DNA from: Psammoneis japonica
Taxonomy: Eukaryota
Assembly (NCBI GenBank): GCA_008632985.1
Contig: QPGO01000033.1
Location: forward strand, 496,001-560,000
Direction: 5' to 3'
Length of the DNA stretch: 64,000 bases
Shown: piece after piece, positions 47,566-61,634 of the stretch
Position numbering within the stretch: the stretch's first letter is position 1
Layout of the letters: the number at the start of each line of letters is the position of its first letter
Position numbers and translations under genes: made by a program
Notes under the pieces: model-generated
Database searches by the model: none
What the model saw: the letters and a program-made list of their open reading frames with translations, nothing else
What the model was told of the DNA's origin: nothing

Positions 47566-50500
47566 ATGGGAAGGTACTCTGGCACGCTTCACAACTTGGT
47601 TGACTCTGTGTCTTCCAAACACGGAAATTTGAATCAGGTGTTGAATTATTTGGAGGGCCACGCGGTTGGAGACAGCAATGCAACAAACCCAGAGTTTAAT
47701 TCTCCCATTCCTCCGTACACGTCTCCTTCTGAAGACTTGGAGCGAGAGCTTCTCGATTTACAGGGACCTCGCCGCGAAGACTCACCGCTGCGTATTGCTA
47801 TCCGCTCTGCACCATCAACCGTCATTGCGGCTCTTTGTCATTTGGGTCCAGAGGCTGCTCGTATTGCGGATTCAAAAGGGCGTTTGCCTCTTCATTGGGC
47901 CTGTCGGAGGCCACCTGGCAAGGAAGTTGATCGGATTTTTCATATTCTGGTATCGGCATACCCTCAGGTTTATTGCATCGCGATGTTGGTGGTCGGACTC
48001 CCCTGCATTGGCTCTTTTGGTTCCATGCGGAAGCGAGATCTGTTGAGACTGTCGAATTCTTTTGTCAGCCTCTTCCGATGAAGGCATTTGTCGGTCTTAA
48101 GCAACTCCCACAGCCCGACTGTCCTGAATTCCCACTTCCTGAAATACCTTCTCCAGACGTTCCTCAACAAACTCCACCCTGTGCCGTGATTGTACATGAT
48201 GCAAAACATGGAGCACTCCCATTGCACTACGCAGCCGCTTGTGGAGCATCCAAGGAAGTGGTCAAGTCGCTTTTGCAACTTTACCCGAGGTCAAAAGTGA
48301 TGCTGGATCGAATGGGCCGATCGGCTCTAGCTTGGTACCTCGGTGCCGGAGTACATGGATCAGAACCTGTTCATGTTTGTGGTGAAGCGCCCGATCCAAA
48401 TGCCAAGCCCATATACGAACAACGATTAAGTTCGAGCATTGTCCAGCTATTACTTACTTCCAAGGTTTCAAGGACCAGAGACTACACGGGACGATATCCC
48501 CTTCACTGGGCATGTCACTTACTGGCATGCTCATACTACAGCGAGAATACGGAGGAACATTGTCTCTCCCTCAAGGCCATCAAGATTCTACTCGACACTC
48601 ATATCGAGGCGCTTGTTTCGCAAGATGCGCTTGGCAAGACGCCGCTACATGTTGTCTTTGATGCGGTAGTTCAACAACAACAAAAGGATTGGGTGCGCAT
48701 TTCAAAGAATTCCAGTGTCCGCGACAATGTGGATTTTGTTCGTGGCGGTGGGAAGGGAGTTTTTCACCCGCCCGTTCAGTTCATTGAATTACTACTGCAG
48801 TCACCTGATACCGACGAAGACAAGCCTCATGCGGAAAAGACACCGTGTGCTGCCCACGTGGAGGATGACGAAGGATGGCTACCTGTACACAGTGCTCTAT
48901 TGGCTGCTACGTCGGGAGAAGTGATTCAGATGCTTGTTCAGACGCATCCTACAAGTCTCGTTCATACTACTGAGGATCAACTCACTCCTCTTCATGTGGC
49001 GCTGTCCAACGAGTATACGACACCTTTACAGCCTATTGCTACAATCATGCTTCTTGTTCAAGCCTATGTCACGTCGAGGCACGGAACTTATGTGAATGGT
49101 AGGCTGGCGTTAAAAATGGAAGACCCCAACGGTGATTATCCACTCCATTATGCCTGTCGGAACCAGGCCTGTTTGGAGGTCTTGCGTTTGCTCCTGGAAA
49201 AGTATCCTCGCGTGTCAATTCTCAAGAACGAGAATGGAGATTTGCCCCTTCATCTTCTGATGGCTTCTGATCTATTTGGCGAGGAAAAGAAAACTCGATC
49301 GCTTGATATCGGCGCAACGTTGGTTCCTCCACAATCGTGGACCAGTGCTTCGGAAGAAAGGCTTCGTGAGGAGCAACAGCATGTACTGAAGCAGAGAATG
49401 AGCCTGATGCTTGAACCCATACTGAGAGACGGTCCCAATTCTCTTCAAATACCAAGCTCTTCTCACGGCATGCTACCGCTGCATGTGGCTGTAGCTTTTG
49501 ACGCTGTGCCCTACTCGACCTTGTACAAACTGCTCAAGGCTCACCCGGAGGCTTCCACGCATGCCTCGACTCATGGCAACAAGATGCTTTCACCCATTGA
49601 TTTGCACGACTTGACGAGAGAGCATACAAAAGATGAGGCTAAATGGCACATGGTACGGGAGTTGCTGTTTAGCTTTTCTCCCATTATGGTGATTATTGTC
49701 GAAACGAGGATCTACTTGAGCGCTGCTGTCGAATTATTCGCGATGAAGCAGAGACAGGAACAAGCACGCACTTTGCCGCTCTGAAGGCAATGGACGAAGA
49801 AGAGCAATCTGAATGGAAGCTTGATTTAGACATGACAAGCTTTTCTACCGATACTGCTGAAAAAGCGAAACTCTCCAGCACGCGTCCTCAACGTGCCAAT
49901 CGACGAACGCCACAAAGCAAACGAAAGCTGACAAGTCCGAGAAAGCAGGACCAGCAAGTAACTCCAACACCAAGCTTGAAGAAGAAATCTATCTACGACG
50001 ACGACGATGATGGTTTGGGAGGCTACGAGATCAGTAGCCCCGAAGCTTCGTTTGACGACGACGATTCCGACTATTTCTCGCAAGCTCACGGTGAGGAGGA
50101 TTACCTTTCCGAAGATTCCCGCTACGATGATGACTCACAGTTCGATGATGAAGTTAGTAGTAAGGCTGAGGGAGAGGGTGTAGAAATTAAATATGGTTCG
50201 GATAACAAAACCAAGAATCATCCGATGACGAAGAAAGACGGCTCTGAAATTAAATCGAAACATTCTTCCCCTACGGGTCCCGCGTTGTTGGATATCGAGA
50301 ATCAACAAGCGAAGGAGCGATTCAAGCTGAGTGAGATTGCAATGCGCCTTTGGACATTCTTTAATTTGTATGATGACGAACCACAACACAGTTTTGCCGA
50401 ACAAACCAAGTGGGTACTTGACGCAATGAACTTTGATTCTGTAGAGAAATTGGTGAATCTCCCTCTCGAAGTGTATGCCGCATCGTACCTCAATGTCAAT

Positions 50501-53181
50501 GACGTTACTGGGATGACGATTCGAGATGCTGCACTAGCGCCTTGCAAGGCACAGATTGATCAGTGCTACTACTTTGTCGGTAGATATGATTTCCAAGCAA
50601 CGTCCGACCGGGGGATCTTGGTGCACAGAAGCACAGATGACGAAACAATAATTTTGCGGGCAACCGAATATAGTGTGGCAGAAGATGAAGAAAAAGAAGA
50701 TCCTGACGCCGCGGAAGAGGAGATCTGGGCAAGTGGTGCAGTTTCAAAACCGCAATTGACATTTAGAGTCATTGCACAGCCTGTGTGCTTCAAGTTTATG
50801 AAGAACCAAGATGCATACGAACGCGAAATGCAATGTCGCGTACACATGGGCGTTCCCACTGATGACTCGGACGGTAACGTCGGATCCATAATGCCTCTGA
50901 AGAACCATTTCAATATGAATAACAAAGAGGAAAGAAAACTAGATCGACGATACAACCAGGACATCCACGACGAGCGCTTCAAGATTATTTATTTTGATTG
51001 CGAAAATACTGACGAAGGAAGCTATATTAATCTTCCGGAATATCCGTTTGCAGTGGTATTGCATTGCAGTGAACGCGGTGACTTGTACGACTACTTTTCA
51101 CATCGAGGATTTATGGACTTACGCGACGTTCGTAATGTAGGAGTGCAGGTGGGCAGGTCATTGCAAGCCATGCACGAAAAAGGTGAGTGTATTTTGCCAA
51201 TCGTTTCCTTCATTTGCTTATTTGACGGCATCTATCTTACCCAAGTGCGTTGCTTTTAGAAATTGTGCACACCAACATAAGTATGAGGAACGTTTTGTTC
51301 CTTCCTGACTCAGAAGACGGGAACGCAAAAGGACACTGGGCTTTGTCTGACTTTTCGTGCGCATGTCGTGGGTGGTCGGAAACATGTTATGTGGCGGAAA
51401 TCTCAGCAGACGGGTCCGCTCGTTTTTCGACTGGCTCCTTCCCTCCAGAAATGTTCGTTAGGCTCACACCGAACGAGTTGGCTGTCTACAATCGATACTG
51501 GACAAACGTACAGGAGTCTTACAAAATTACCGTTGACCAGGAGATTGTTGAACCACGTGTAGATCCTTCAACAGGAGACTCTTTCGTCCTGAGGTGTCAC
51601 TTCCAGCAACAGGAGACCGTGTTGGGAGTAACATTACCTTACAAGCTTGTAACAGCGCGTGAGGCGATGGATATTTGGTCGTATGGCGTTCTTTTGTTCA
51701 CTCTATGCAGCGGGGGGAACCAACTTTTCCCAACGAATTTGCGCACCGGCAATCTGTCGTCCTTGGAAAAGATTGCCACATGGGACAAGGAGACAGCGGA
51801 GATCACAGTGTACCAGCGTGTGCAGGATCCCATTGCCCAGGATCTACTGCTTCATATGCTTGTACCATACGAGGAGCGATCCAAGCTGCACATGGAGACA
51901 ATTCTTACCCATCCCTTCTTTCTCATGTTGGAAGATACAAAGCACATGACGACTGCGCTATCACGTATGAAGGAAAAAAGGACTCACGAGCGAATATCGC
52001 GAAGGCGAAAACACGAGAAAAAGATGGCAGAGCTCGTTAAGGACCGGTGGCTGAATGAAAGGACCACGAATCTTCATTTTTGGGACCTGAATGTCCAAAT
52101 GAGAACTCACTGTGCTCCATCCAATCTCATCAGGCAGCTGTTTGGAGGCGACAACGATACTCCATACGCATTCGTTGTACTGCCGTACCGCCTCACCCGG
52201 AGTAAAAAGGATAAGTTTACTCCCGGTACAAAAAAGGATGTGGAACGCGCCGAACGTATGGGAAAGCAGTTGCTAAATCTAAGCAAAGCTTGCCACTTTG
52301 CATGCTGCCTGGAAGAGAAGTTACTCCAGATGAAAGGGGAGTCAGAGGGTTCTGTGCACAAATGGTCCGCGCATGAAATAGCTGAAGCAATCGCAATGCC
52401 GTCGGATGATTTCAAAGACCTAGAGTCTGATATGGTGGCTATTGCTGCAAAGGAAGTTGAGCTATTTCGCGACAACCCCATATTTGCCGCCAATATACTG
52501 ATCAAGAAAGGAATTGAGGGAGTTCAAACTTGCTTTGCGGAGTCTAAGAAGGCGTTCCTCTACCTGGTAGACGAATACAATGTCCTCCCGACCGTTGCAG
52601 CAGGCGACACTTTCTATCCCCACGAAGTAACTGAAAAAGTGTCGGAGGTAGTGAAGCGGTCTCTGCCTTTTATGGTCATGAGCACACTCTACGCGAGGGG
52701 AGTGGCTGGTGGCGTTTCAGGGCTAGTGAAGTTGATATTCGAGGGAGCGTACCCTCATATTCCTCCGTCTTGGGAATCTGTAGCAAAGGGACTAGCGCAT
52801 GGACTTGACCAAGAAGCAATGCTTCGAGAAGTTAGGGTGCTGCTCGATGCAATGAACAATGAACGCAGCAGTAACGATCTACGATTTATCCTAGGCTACT
52901 TTCAGGGGTTTGATAGCAAGATGACTTTTTCTGGCTTGTGCCGAGTCAGTGATGGGGAGTCATCTTTGTGGACAACCACCACAGGTGTGGAGGAGCTGAA
53001 AGCTCTGTCGAGGGAACGTAGCTTTAGAAGAGCGTATCTGGAACAGAAAGAGTCACAGAGTCGCGTACAAAGTCAACAAAAAGAAATTGATGAGCTCAAG
53101 AAGCGGCTAGAGGAGCTAGAGTTCAGGCAGAAGGTTGGCCTTACAGCGGTACCGGACGAGAATGGAATCCCAAATTTATAA
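47566..53181 (+). CDS. Large ankyrin-repeat / kinase-like-domain protein; intron ~51183-51259; apparent frameshifts at ~47968 and ~49690
   Basis: Many GxLPLHxA/GxTPLH repeats; VCFKFM, GDLYDYF, IVHTNISMRNV, LSDFS, PPEM, DIWSYGVLLF, ILTHPFF; C-terminal coiled coil. Confidence 0.85.
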
Positions 53182-53197
53182 ATGCAAAGAATACATT

Positions 53198-53570
53198 AAT
53201 CTCTCGACTACTCTAGAGGAAACTATTTTGAATGGTGCGTCTGCTACACAACGTTTCCTCATCAAGGCGGCAGCTGCTTTCATCTTAAACTTGCCAAGAG
53301 TATCCTTGACTCCAGAAGCAAGCTCTCAAGAAGCGGATAGAGGAGCTACTAGCTAGAGTTTAGGCAGTAGCTTGGCCTTCTAGCTGTGCTGAACGAGAAT
53401 CGAATCCCAAATAATTCATAATTGCAAAGAAAAAGGATACGTATTGAAATCTCTCGACTACGAAGCTACTTCTGAATGGTTCGCCTGCTACACTACGTTG
53501 CCCCATTAAGGCGGCAGATTTCATCTTACTTGCCAAGAGCATCCTTGACTCCAGTAGCCAGCTTCTCGCA
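53198..53570. repeat. Local duplication (~125 bp) of the NNT C-terminal codons and 3' flank
   Basis: aatctctcgacta..tgaatggt..ctgctacac..aaggcggcag..tttcatctta..cttgccaagag.atccttgactccag at ~53198-53325 and ~53448-53565. Confidence 0.85.
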
Positions 53571-56500
53571 TGTTTCTTTGGCATCACCAAGAAGCATGTC
53601 GGTATTGTCTTTCAGAAAAACCGGGTTGTCGACACCTGCGTATCCAGCGGCGAGACTCCTTTTCATTACAATTACCTGCTTGGAATTCCAAACACGTAAC
53701 ACCGGCATTCCTGCAATTTCAGAGTTGGGGTCGTCTTCCGCAGCACTGGTGGCGGTACAAGAAAAAAGACATGTTAAATTTAAGAAGACAAAAAGATAGT
53801 TTAGGCCTTCGACAATCGCTGGGAGGAGGCGTCTTACCTATTCACCGTGTCGTTGGCTGGAATGATATTTCAGAGGCACAAGCAAAGTGAGTCGTGAGTG
53901 GTCTGTCAAGTAGGTCAAATGAGCACGAGGTTGATGACATGAAACGCACCTCCAATTACGAGAGTAACATCAGTTTCGTCGAAGTCGTCGTTGATTTCCT
54001 CCATCTCCTCAACAATGTCGTAAGGAACGCCGGCCTCGGCGAGAAGCACCTACCGTCCACAATCAATAAGGGAAAAATGATGAGAAACAAGAAAGACCAG
54101 ACCAAAATCAATGCCGTCAAACCTACGTTTAGCTGCCCCGGCATTCTCCCGGCAACAGGGTGGATTCCGAATCTGACTTTCTTTCCGCTTGCCACGAGAG
54201 AGTCCACCATGTCTTTAAGAGGGTACTGACCCTTTGCTACTGCTAAGCCGTAACCGGGCACGATGATGACAGATTCACTCTCAGCCAAAAGCTTGACCGT
54301 GTCTTCGACTGTTGTCATCGTTGCTTCGCCTTCAAATTTCATCGCCTCGCCCTTTCCAGTAGCCTTGGTACCATAACCACCAAGAAGAACGCTGACAATG
54401 TCGCGGTTCATGCCGTCGCACATAATCTTGGTGAGGGCAGCACCAGAGCAACCAATCAAAGCGCCCACCGTCGTGAGAACTGGCATGTCAAGCATGAATC
54501 CTGACAACAGAACCAAGTGAAAACATTAGCGATGACTCGATCGCGATTGTGGCTTTGGGTATATATGTAATCCTCAAACCTTGTAGTGACTTACCTTCTG
54601 CACACAGCGCCCAGCCAGAGTACGAGTTCAAAACCGTAATCACAACTGGCATATCAGCGCCACCAATAGAGCTCGTCATGTGCCAACCCAAGATGCCACT
54701 CGTCGTTAGAGCCCCGCCAAGAGCGGCAACTCCAGTTCCAAGCTCTGGAGCTCCCATAATGATAGCACCTGCGCCAAAAGTAGCAGCACCAAGTCCCTGT
54801 AGTATTGTTGGTTGAAGCGGAATGATATGTGAGTTTCATGCTGAAAACCGTGATTGTACGACAGTCATACTTAGGATCATCGTCTCTTTGTACTTGCCAT
54901 GTTAATTTGATCTCTAGCTGGATGTTGCATTGGAGCGGAGTCCAAGCGGCCATCGAGTTTGCCAAACGCCACGAGCGAACCGGTAAAGGTTACGCTACCG
55001 ATTACACTGGCCAAATACACACTTGCAAGGTGGACCGAATCCAGGCTGGTTGTATCCGACGCATTGATGTAATCGCCAACGGCGGCGGCACTCGCCGCAA
55101 GACCAACAAGCGAATGGAAAGCAGCAACCGTTTGAGGAAGAGAGGTTGGCTCGACTCGATGCCCAATATAGTGACCTGCTGCCCCACCGGCTCCCATGAG
55201 TCCAACGATAGATGCGGTAGCACCGAAACTTGGGCTCAAGTGACCAAACGTCGAGGCAACGCCAAGCGCAACACCGGCCTGACCCGAAACCGCACCTAAG
55301 CGCGCCGTCGACTGAGACGAAAGCCCGCCGATACCACCAATGCAGAGCAAACCTGCCAAGGTAGCGGCCGCGGCGTCTAGTTCAGGGAAGTTTCCGGACA
55401 ACGATCCTGCTCCGTAAGCTAAAATTGTTCCACCAGCCGGCACGCCATATAGGTGATAGTATTCGGGCGGATCGTCGGGTCGTTTAAACATGTCCAGCAT
55501 CTTGGTCGTGACGATGAAACCGCCAACAATGTTGACAGTCGAAAGAGTGGTTGCCGCAGCTCCCAAGAGTGTAACTGCCGGGGACGTACTGTGAGCCATC
55601 AAGTGCATTCCACCCAATGCGGTAGTACCACTGATGGCATTCGTGACGGCCATGAGAGGACTGTGCAAAGCATGAGTCACACCCAAGACAACCTGAACAC
55701 CAATTACGTTGGACAGACAGAAGGTGGTGAACATGCTGCTAAATGCGGGGTTTGGTGAAACAGCACCCATTGCGAGAATCGATGCAGCGGCATAACTGGC
55801 CGTCTTGGCACCTTGTACATATGGTGCGCGATAGTCAATGGGTGCCACCTCGATTTTCGTCTCTTCCTTCTTTTCAGACGGTGGTGGTGGAGGAGGAAGT
55901 GGTGCCGGGTACATCAATTTGCCTTTTTCGACTGCAAGCATACCCCGTACTGCCTCATCTTCATGATCAATGAAGTAGTACCCATGCTCGTGTGACGTTT
56001 GGGGTCCAGCGCTAAGTAAGAACTTGGAGATGTTGTTTGAGTAGAGCGCAGAACTGGTCGTTGGAAGACGACTCGGTAAATCCGTGTATCCCAAGCAAGT
56101 AACACCGTTGGGGGTAACAATGCGTTGATCCTTTACCGTAGTTTCAACGTTACCACCTGCTTCTGCTGCAAGATCAACAGTAACACTACCCGACTTCATC
56201 TTGTCTACCATTGCTTTGGTAATCATGACGGGTGCTTTCCTACCGGGAATGAGTGCTGTTGTAATCACAATATCACATTCTTCACACTGCTTTGACAGCA
56301 TCTCGGCAGCAGCGGCATGCCATTCCTTACTCATCTCCTTGGCGTATCCTCCAGCACCACTCCCATCTTCTTGGAAATCGACTTCAAGAAAATGACCACC
56401 CATGGCTTCGACTTGTTCCTTGGTAACGGGTCGCACGTCAAACGCACGCACAATGGCGCCCATATTCTTGGCGGTTTGGATCGCCGCAAGACCTGCCACG

Positions 56501-57239
56501 CCGGTACCAACGACAAGAACCTTTGCGGGAGGGACCTTTCCGGCCGCGGTCATTTGACCGGCAAAGAACCGACCAAACTCGTTGGAGGCTTCCAAGACGG
56601 CACGATACCCAGAGATGTTGGCCTGACTTGATAGCGCATCGTAGGTTTGACCCCTGCTAAGTGTGCGTGGAATACAATCCATGCAAACGCGGTAGCACCT
56701 GGTCCTGAAGCTGCTTGACGAGATCTTTGTTTTGGGCTGGGTAGAGAAAACTAATCAAAGTTCGATCTTCCAGAGAGGTGACTTCTTCCGTGGTAGGAGG
56801 ACGGACCTGCAGGAAGAAAATAGCGGGATTGTATGAAATGAGATAAAGTTCATGAAGCGAATCAAAAGAGAAACATTGTAGTGAAAACCGCATCATATTT
56901 TACCTTGAGAACGATATCACTCTGTTTCCAGACATCCTCCTTGGAAACAACCTTTGCCCCAGCACCCTCATAATCAGCTGCAGAAAAGTGAGACTGATCA
57001 CCAGCTCCACTTTCCACCAAGACACTAAAGCCCGGCTTGATTAGACGAGCAACTGATTCAGGTGTAGCAGCAACACGTTTTTCGAGCGGGTAGTTCTCCT
57101 TTGGGATTCCAACCGTAAGTTTTTCGTAAGGAATGCCCTTTGGCTTGGCGTCTTCAGATGAAAAGTGACGGGCCACGCGCATCGACACGGTGCCTCCCTG
57201 CCATCGGCTCAGGCCGCGCCTCCCTGCGAGACGTAACAT
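53526..57239 (-). CDS. NNT: Mitochondrial proton-translocating NAD(P) transhydrogenase (dI-dII-dIII single chain); multi-exon
   Basis: Transit peptide; [91 protein letters not shown]. Confidence 0.97.
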
Positions 57240-57805
57240 GACTAATGGCGCATCATTATAGAGGAAAGAGCGTGAGAAATAACATGCATGGGATTCAAGG
57301 ACGAAAATGACTTTTCACAGTAGAAACCGCACTCCAAAGCCGAGATCATCTTCTCTCGCTCGATGTCGAATACGGCGCATCCCATGTCCACAACATGCAA
57401 CGCTCTTGAAGACTTACCAAGGTCTTAGCAACGCCAAACAACCGTGCAAGGGCCGATTGAGCTTGCTATGGATAAAGGCAACGACCTCCACGTCAACGTC
57501 AATGGCCAGAAGCGATCGGCAGTTCGAAGATCCAACGAACGCGATCTTTCGCTCGAACCGGATTAGATCGGCGTTTTAATTCAACACCATCAGTGAATAT
57601 CAAATATTTCACAACTTCAACTCGTTATTTGATTGGCGATTGGTGACGTCATTCACAAATAAATAACAAGTGATCAACGTAGGAACAATACTGACTTCTA
57701 CGAAAGCGCGTTTCTCCCGCCAACAAACCACGGACTCATCATCATCATCTATCTCACGACCTAACTTCCAAACTCGCCTGCCTCAATAAGCTCACTCTCA
57801 AGCTC

Positions 57806-60800
57806 ATGCTATCATCGATGGCTAACAATTCTGTTTGTAGAACCGACGCTTGACCTAGTCAGCTTTTTGCTGGACCATGTTCCTCGTTCCAGCCTTATTT
57901 GCCGGTGCTTGCGACTCTATAATTGTATATCTCAGTAATCATTATGAAACAAAAGAGAATGAGCACGGTGAGTCTCTCTAGATTCGTTGTTGTTATCGCA
58001 CGTGCTTTTCTTGCTTGCTCACGAATAACTCTTCTCGTACTACTGAAACACATACCGTAGGATACGTATCCAATGTGTCCTATTTGGCTCCACTGGCAGT
58101 GCTACGCTTGATCCTACTGTTGATCCCACTCCCATACCACACGTACAAAGGAACAGCAGTCAACTACCCTGCGTTATACCGCGTGTTGCACTGGGGCACC
58201 TTGCTTGCTATTTTGTTTCACATGCTGTCCATCATAATGATAGACCCAGACTCACTTGGAATCTTTTTTCCAGCTGTCATTGATCGAGCGCTGAAACAAA
58301 CAGATCCGCACGTGATACAAATGCGACGTGTCTGGCTTATGCTGACTCTGAGTCTGATTTCTACAATTCAGCACATTATACTCTTGTGGCACGTACGTTC
58401 CACAGCGCAACACAACTCTCTGGATTCTTGGAAACGAAGAAAACGAGTGTTGTATTACTATGCACAGCAACAAAACATTGCAAATGCTGATGGTGATAAT
58501 GGTGACGTTCATGGTACTTCATTGCAAATACGAAGCAATCGCGGTGAAAACAACGGCTCCCTCGTAGATTTGTCGTCGCATGCCTTTCAGCCATATAATG
58601 ACCAAGATCAAATAATATCACACCACAAACAAGACGAATCTTTTCCAAGGACGAATTCTTTCAGCAAGTAAAGTGTATATCGAGTGGAGGGAATGATTCA
58701 TGTCGGAATTGCAAATACGATTGGAGACTGCGAGAAGGGAATGGGGACAACGGTTAGAGGATGTCTCTAATCGATTGGCAGCCAATCGTTCTTCGCACTC
58801 TCGGGAGATGCTACCGACCTCGCCCTTTTTGCAACTCACGCCTTTTCGAGTCTTGCTACAATTATTCGCTTACGAGGAAGTCTTGGCCAATTCTCGTCTC
58901 AGTCAAGTATTTGACGAAGACGACGGAGTATCACTGACGTTTTATGTTCCTCAGCTCCTATCCTTCTTACTGCATGGGGCCTATCAATCATCGCCGCAGC
59001 TGGAAGAATGGATCTTGACCAAGTGCAGAGCCAATGTGCATTTCGCACATCGATGTTATTGGTTTCTGCGGGCTTGGTGTTTGGAGGGTCCTGGTCTCCA
59101 GAAATCGGCATCGGTGTCGGCAAGAGATTTGGAGTGGGGCATTGGGATGATGGGATTTGTCGACATCCTTTAGGGAGCAATCACAATAGCAGCACAAGTC
59201 TACATTCTCTTGGGGTGGAACATGCTCAGTCTCAACCACATTTGCAAAGCTACTCTGGGTTCGCAGCCAAAAGGGTGCCATCCTTTGGATCGCTGCCTTC
59301 GGATTCCTCAACGCTAGACCGACCTCCAAAACTGTTGCCGGAAGATGAAACCTTGATAGAGGGGCTCATGTTTCGTGTAATGGAATCCGGAGAAGAATCC
59401 GCCTCCAATCTACACAACTGCGAGGGATACGCGAGGGACGACACGGAAACGGAGCTAGAGGTGCAGGATCATGAAAGTAGTAACGTCGTGATGGGTGGCG
59501 TTATATCAGCTGGTGATTTTGTTGCCGTTGATGCCAATAGTGGATTTCCTACGGTACGGCATATTGACAGCGTGACAGCGAAACAAAGAGTCGGTTTCAT
59601 GCCGCTGAATGCTCGGCGAGAAAGTTGGAACGTTCACAGCGTTGGAAGCTTCTTTGAAACAACGCCTAGTTTCTTGGATAGGTTGACTTCTATCGCTGAG
59701 GAGCTGTATCTCATTCCACGAGAATTGCGAACAGGGGAGTTACGAAGACAGTTACAGTCAATCGAGGCAGAGTTTTTGCCATGCAATTCAATATACGTGC
59801 CTATTGGAGACGTTCGTCATCGTGTCTGGCGAATCGTTGCAGATGAAAGCATTGCTATAAGTACAAAGGAAAGAGTGCCGTGTATCATTTGTTTGGAGGT
59901 TATTGACTATGAGAAGGAGACGAAAAGTACCCTCAAAAAGGGATTCTTGGGAAATGCTTTGTTGGGCAAGACTTCCAATGAACCAACACAACAAAAGCAA
60001 GAGAGTGTGTCGTCAGCAGCGTCAAATGGTTCGGTTTCTCGTGGTATTCCCGGAGGAGCAAAGTTGCAAGCTTTGCTTCCTGGGCACACACCCGATCTAA
60101 CCGAACGTGAAATAATTCGCTTGTGGCAAAAGTCACCTCGTCACCCACATCGACACGATTCTTTATTGGACAAGGTGACAACCTTTACGCAAACGAGAAT
60201 ACGTAAACTTGTAGAAAATGGACCTGAAGATGCCGCGCTCTGGAGCGACGGTGGGAGTTGGCATGATGTGGCCAAGAATCAATATCAAAATGATATCAAT
60301 CACTCGGAGTTTGCCAGCTTGACAGGTACTACTGATCCCGAGTCTCGATACGATGGGTCATCGTCCAAGCCGCCCTTGTCTCCAATACCGAGGCCAAATA
60401 ATACCCTACAGTCCACACCGTCTTCGTCTCCAATCACAAAGGACTCCACACAACCATCGTCGCCGAATTCAGCCATGGGTCAGTGGAGCTCACCGACTCC
60501 ACACAGTTCGCCCGCAAAGCAGAAGCAAACAGTTTCACTCGATGCAGCGCTTTTCCAATATCCGACCCTCCTGAACAAAGCACTGTGGAGGCAGAATCCA
60601 CCTCTGCTCATGTCGATGCAATCCAAGGTTCTGAAAGCGTCGTTTTGGCGTATGGAGCCATGCGAGGCGAATCAACGGACAACGCTGATGATGGAGAAAG
60701 CGTCCGCGATTCAATCATAATTTCGGAAACGACGAGAAAACAAAGGAGACCTCCCGCCGTAGTTTTCAAGGAATCGTGGGTGTCCAAACAGGAACGAATC

Positions 60801-61634
60801 AGAAAGAAGTCTGCTCTTGGTAGCCACCCTGGATGGCGACTATTGCCAATATTGATCAAGCCCAATGACGATCTAAGACAAGAACAGTTGGCGTCTCAGC
60901 TAATTTACCGGATGGCTTCTATTCTGGCTCGAGAAAAAGTGCCAGTGTGGCTTTGCCCGTACGAAATTGTAGCCTTGACAAATTCGAGTGGTATTATCGA
61001 AGCCATACCTGACACCATTTCCCTTGATTCTTTGAAACGCAACGATCCAAACTTTTCTTCGCTGCGGAATTTCTTCATAAACCATTTTGGCGAAGGGACG
61101 GATGAACTTGCTGACGCAACTGCGAATTTCGTCGAAAGCTTGGCAGCCTACTCGATTGTTTGCTACTTGTTGCAGATCAAGGACCGCCACAACGGCAATA
61201 TTTTGCTAACAAATCGAGGCCACTTGATTCACATTGACTTTGGATTCTTCTTTCTAGCTTCACCTGGAAAGAATGTTGGATTTGAGAGCGCCCCGTTCAA
61301 GCTCAGTCGAGATTTTGTCGATGTGATGGGTAGCCCCGACAGCAACACCTTTCGAACGTTCCGTGAGCTTTGCTGTCGAACGTTCATCTCTCTCCGGCAT
61401 CACTGCTATGAAATTACCTTGTTGGTAGAGATGCTCATGGTTGGAAATGAGGATCTACCTTGCTTCCGCGGACGTCCTGAAGACGCTGTAAGTGGTCTTC
61501 GTGAGAGGTTTCGACTTGATCTGAATGACCGTGCGTGTATGGAATATGTCAACGAGCTTGTGGATGGCAGCCTGTTTAGTTGGCGCACGACGTGGTATGA
61601 TCGCTATCAAAGGTTTTGTGTCGGAGTCTTGTAA
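57806..61634 (+). CDS. Phosphatidylinositol 4-kinase III-beta-like protein with a hydrophobic N-terminal region; start uncertain; several apparent 1-nt deletions
   Basis: FYVPQLLSFL..HFAHRCYWFL, STKERVPC, KPNDDLRQEQLA, LQIKDRHNGNILL, IHIDFGF, FESAPFKL. Confidence 0.9.

Noticed and set aside
13150..60560. Frameshifts in ELMOD (~13154), Psb34-like (~18050), the surface protein (~26280), BCKDHA (~31034), ~46845, the ankyrin gene (~47968, ~49690), NNT (~56683-56700) and PI4K, read as pseudogenes or programmed frameshifting
   Set aside because: Those I could reconstruct are single-base losses in short homopolymers within otherwise conserved genes, typical of unpolished long-read consensus. No shared slippery motif.
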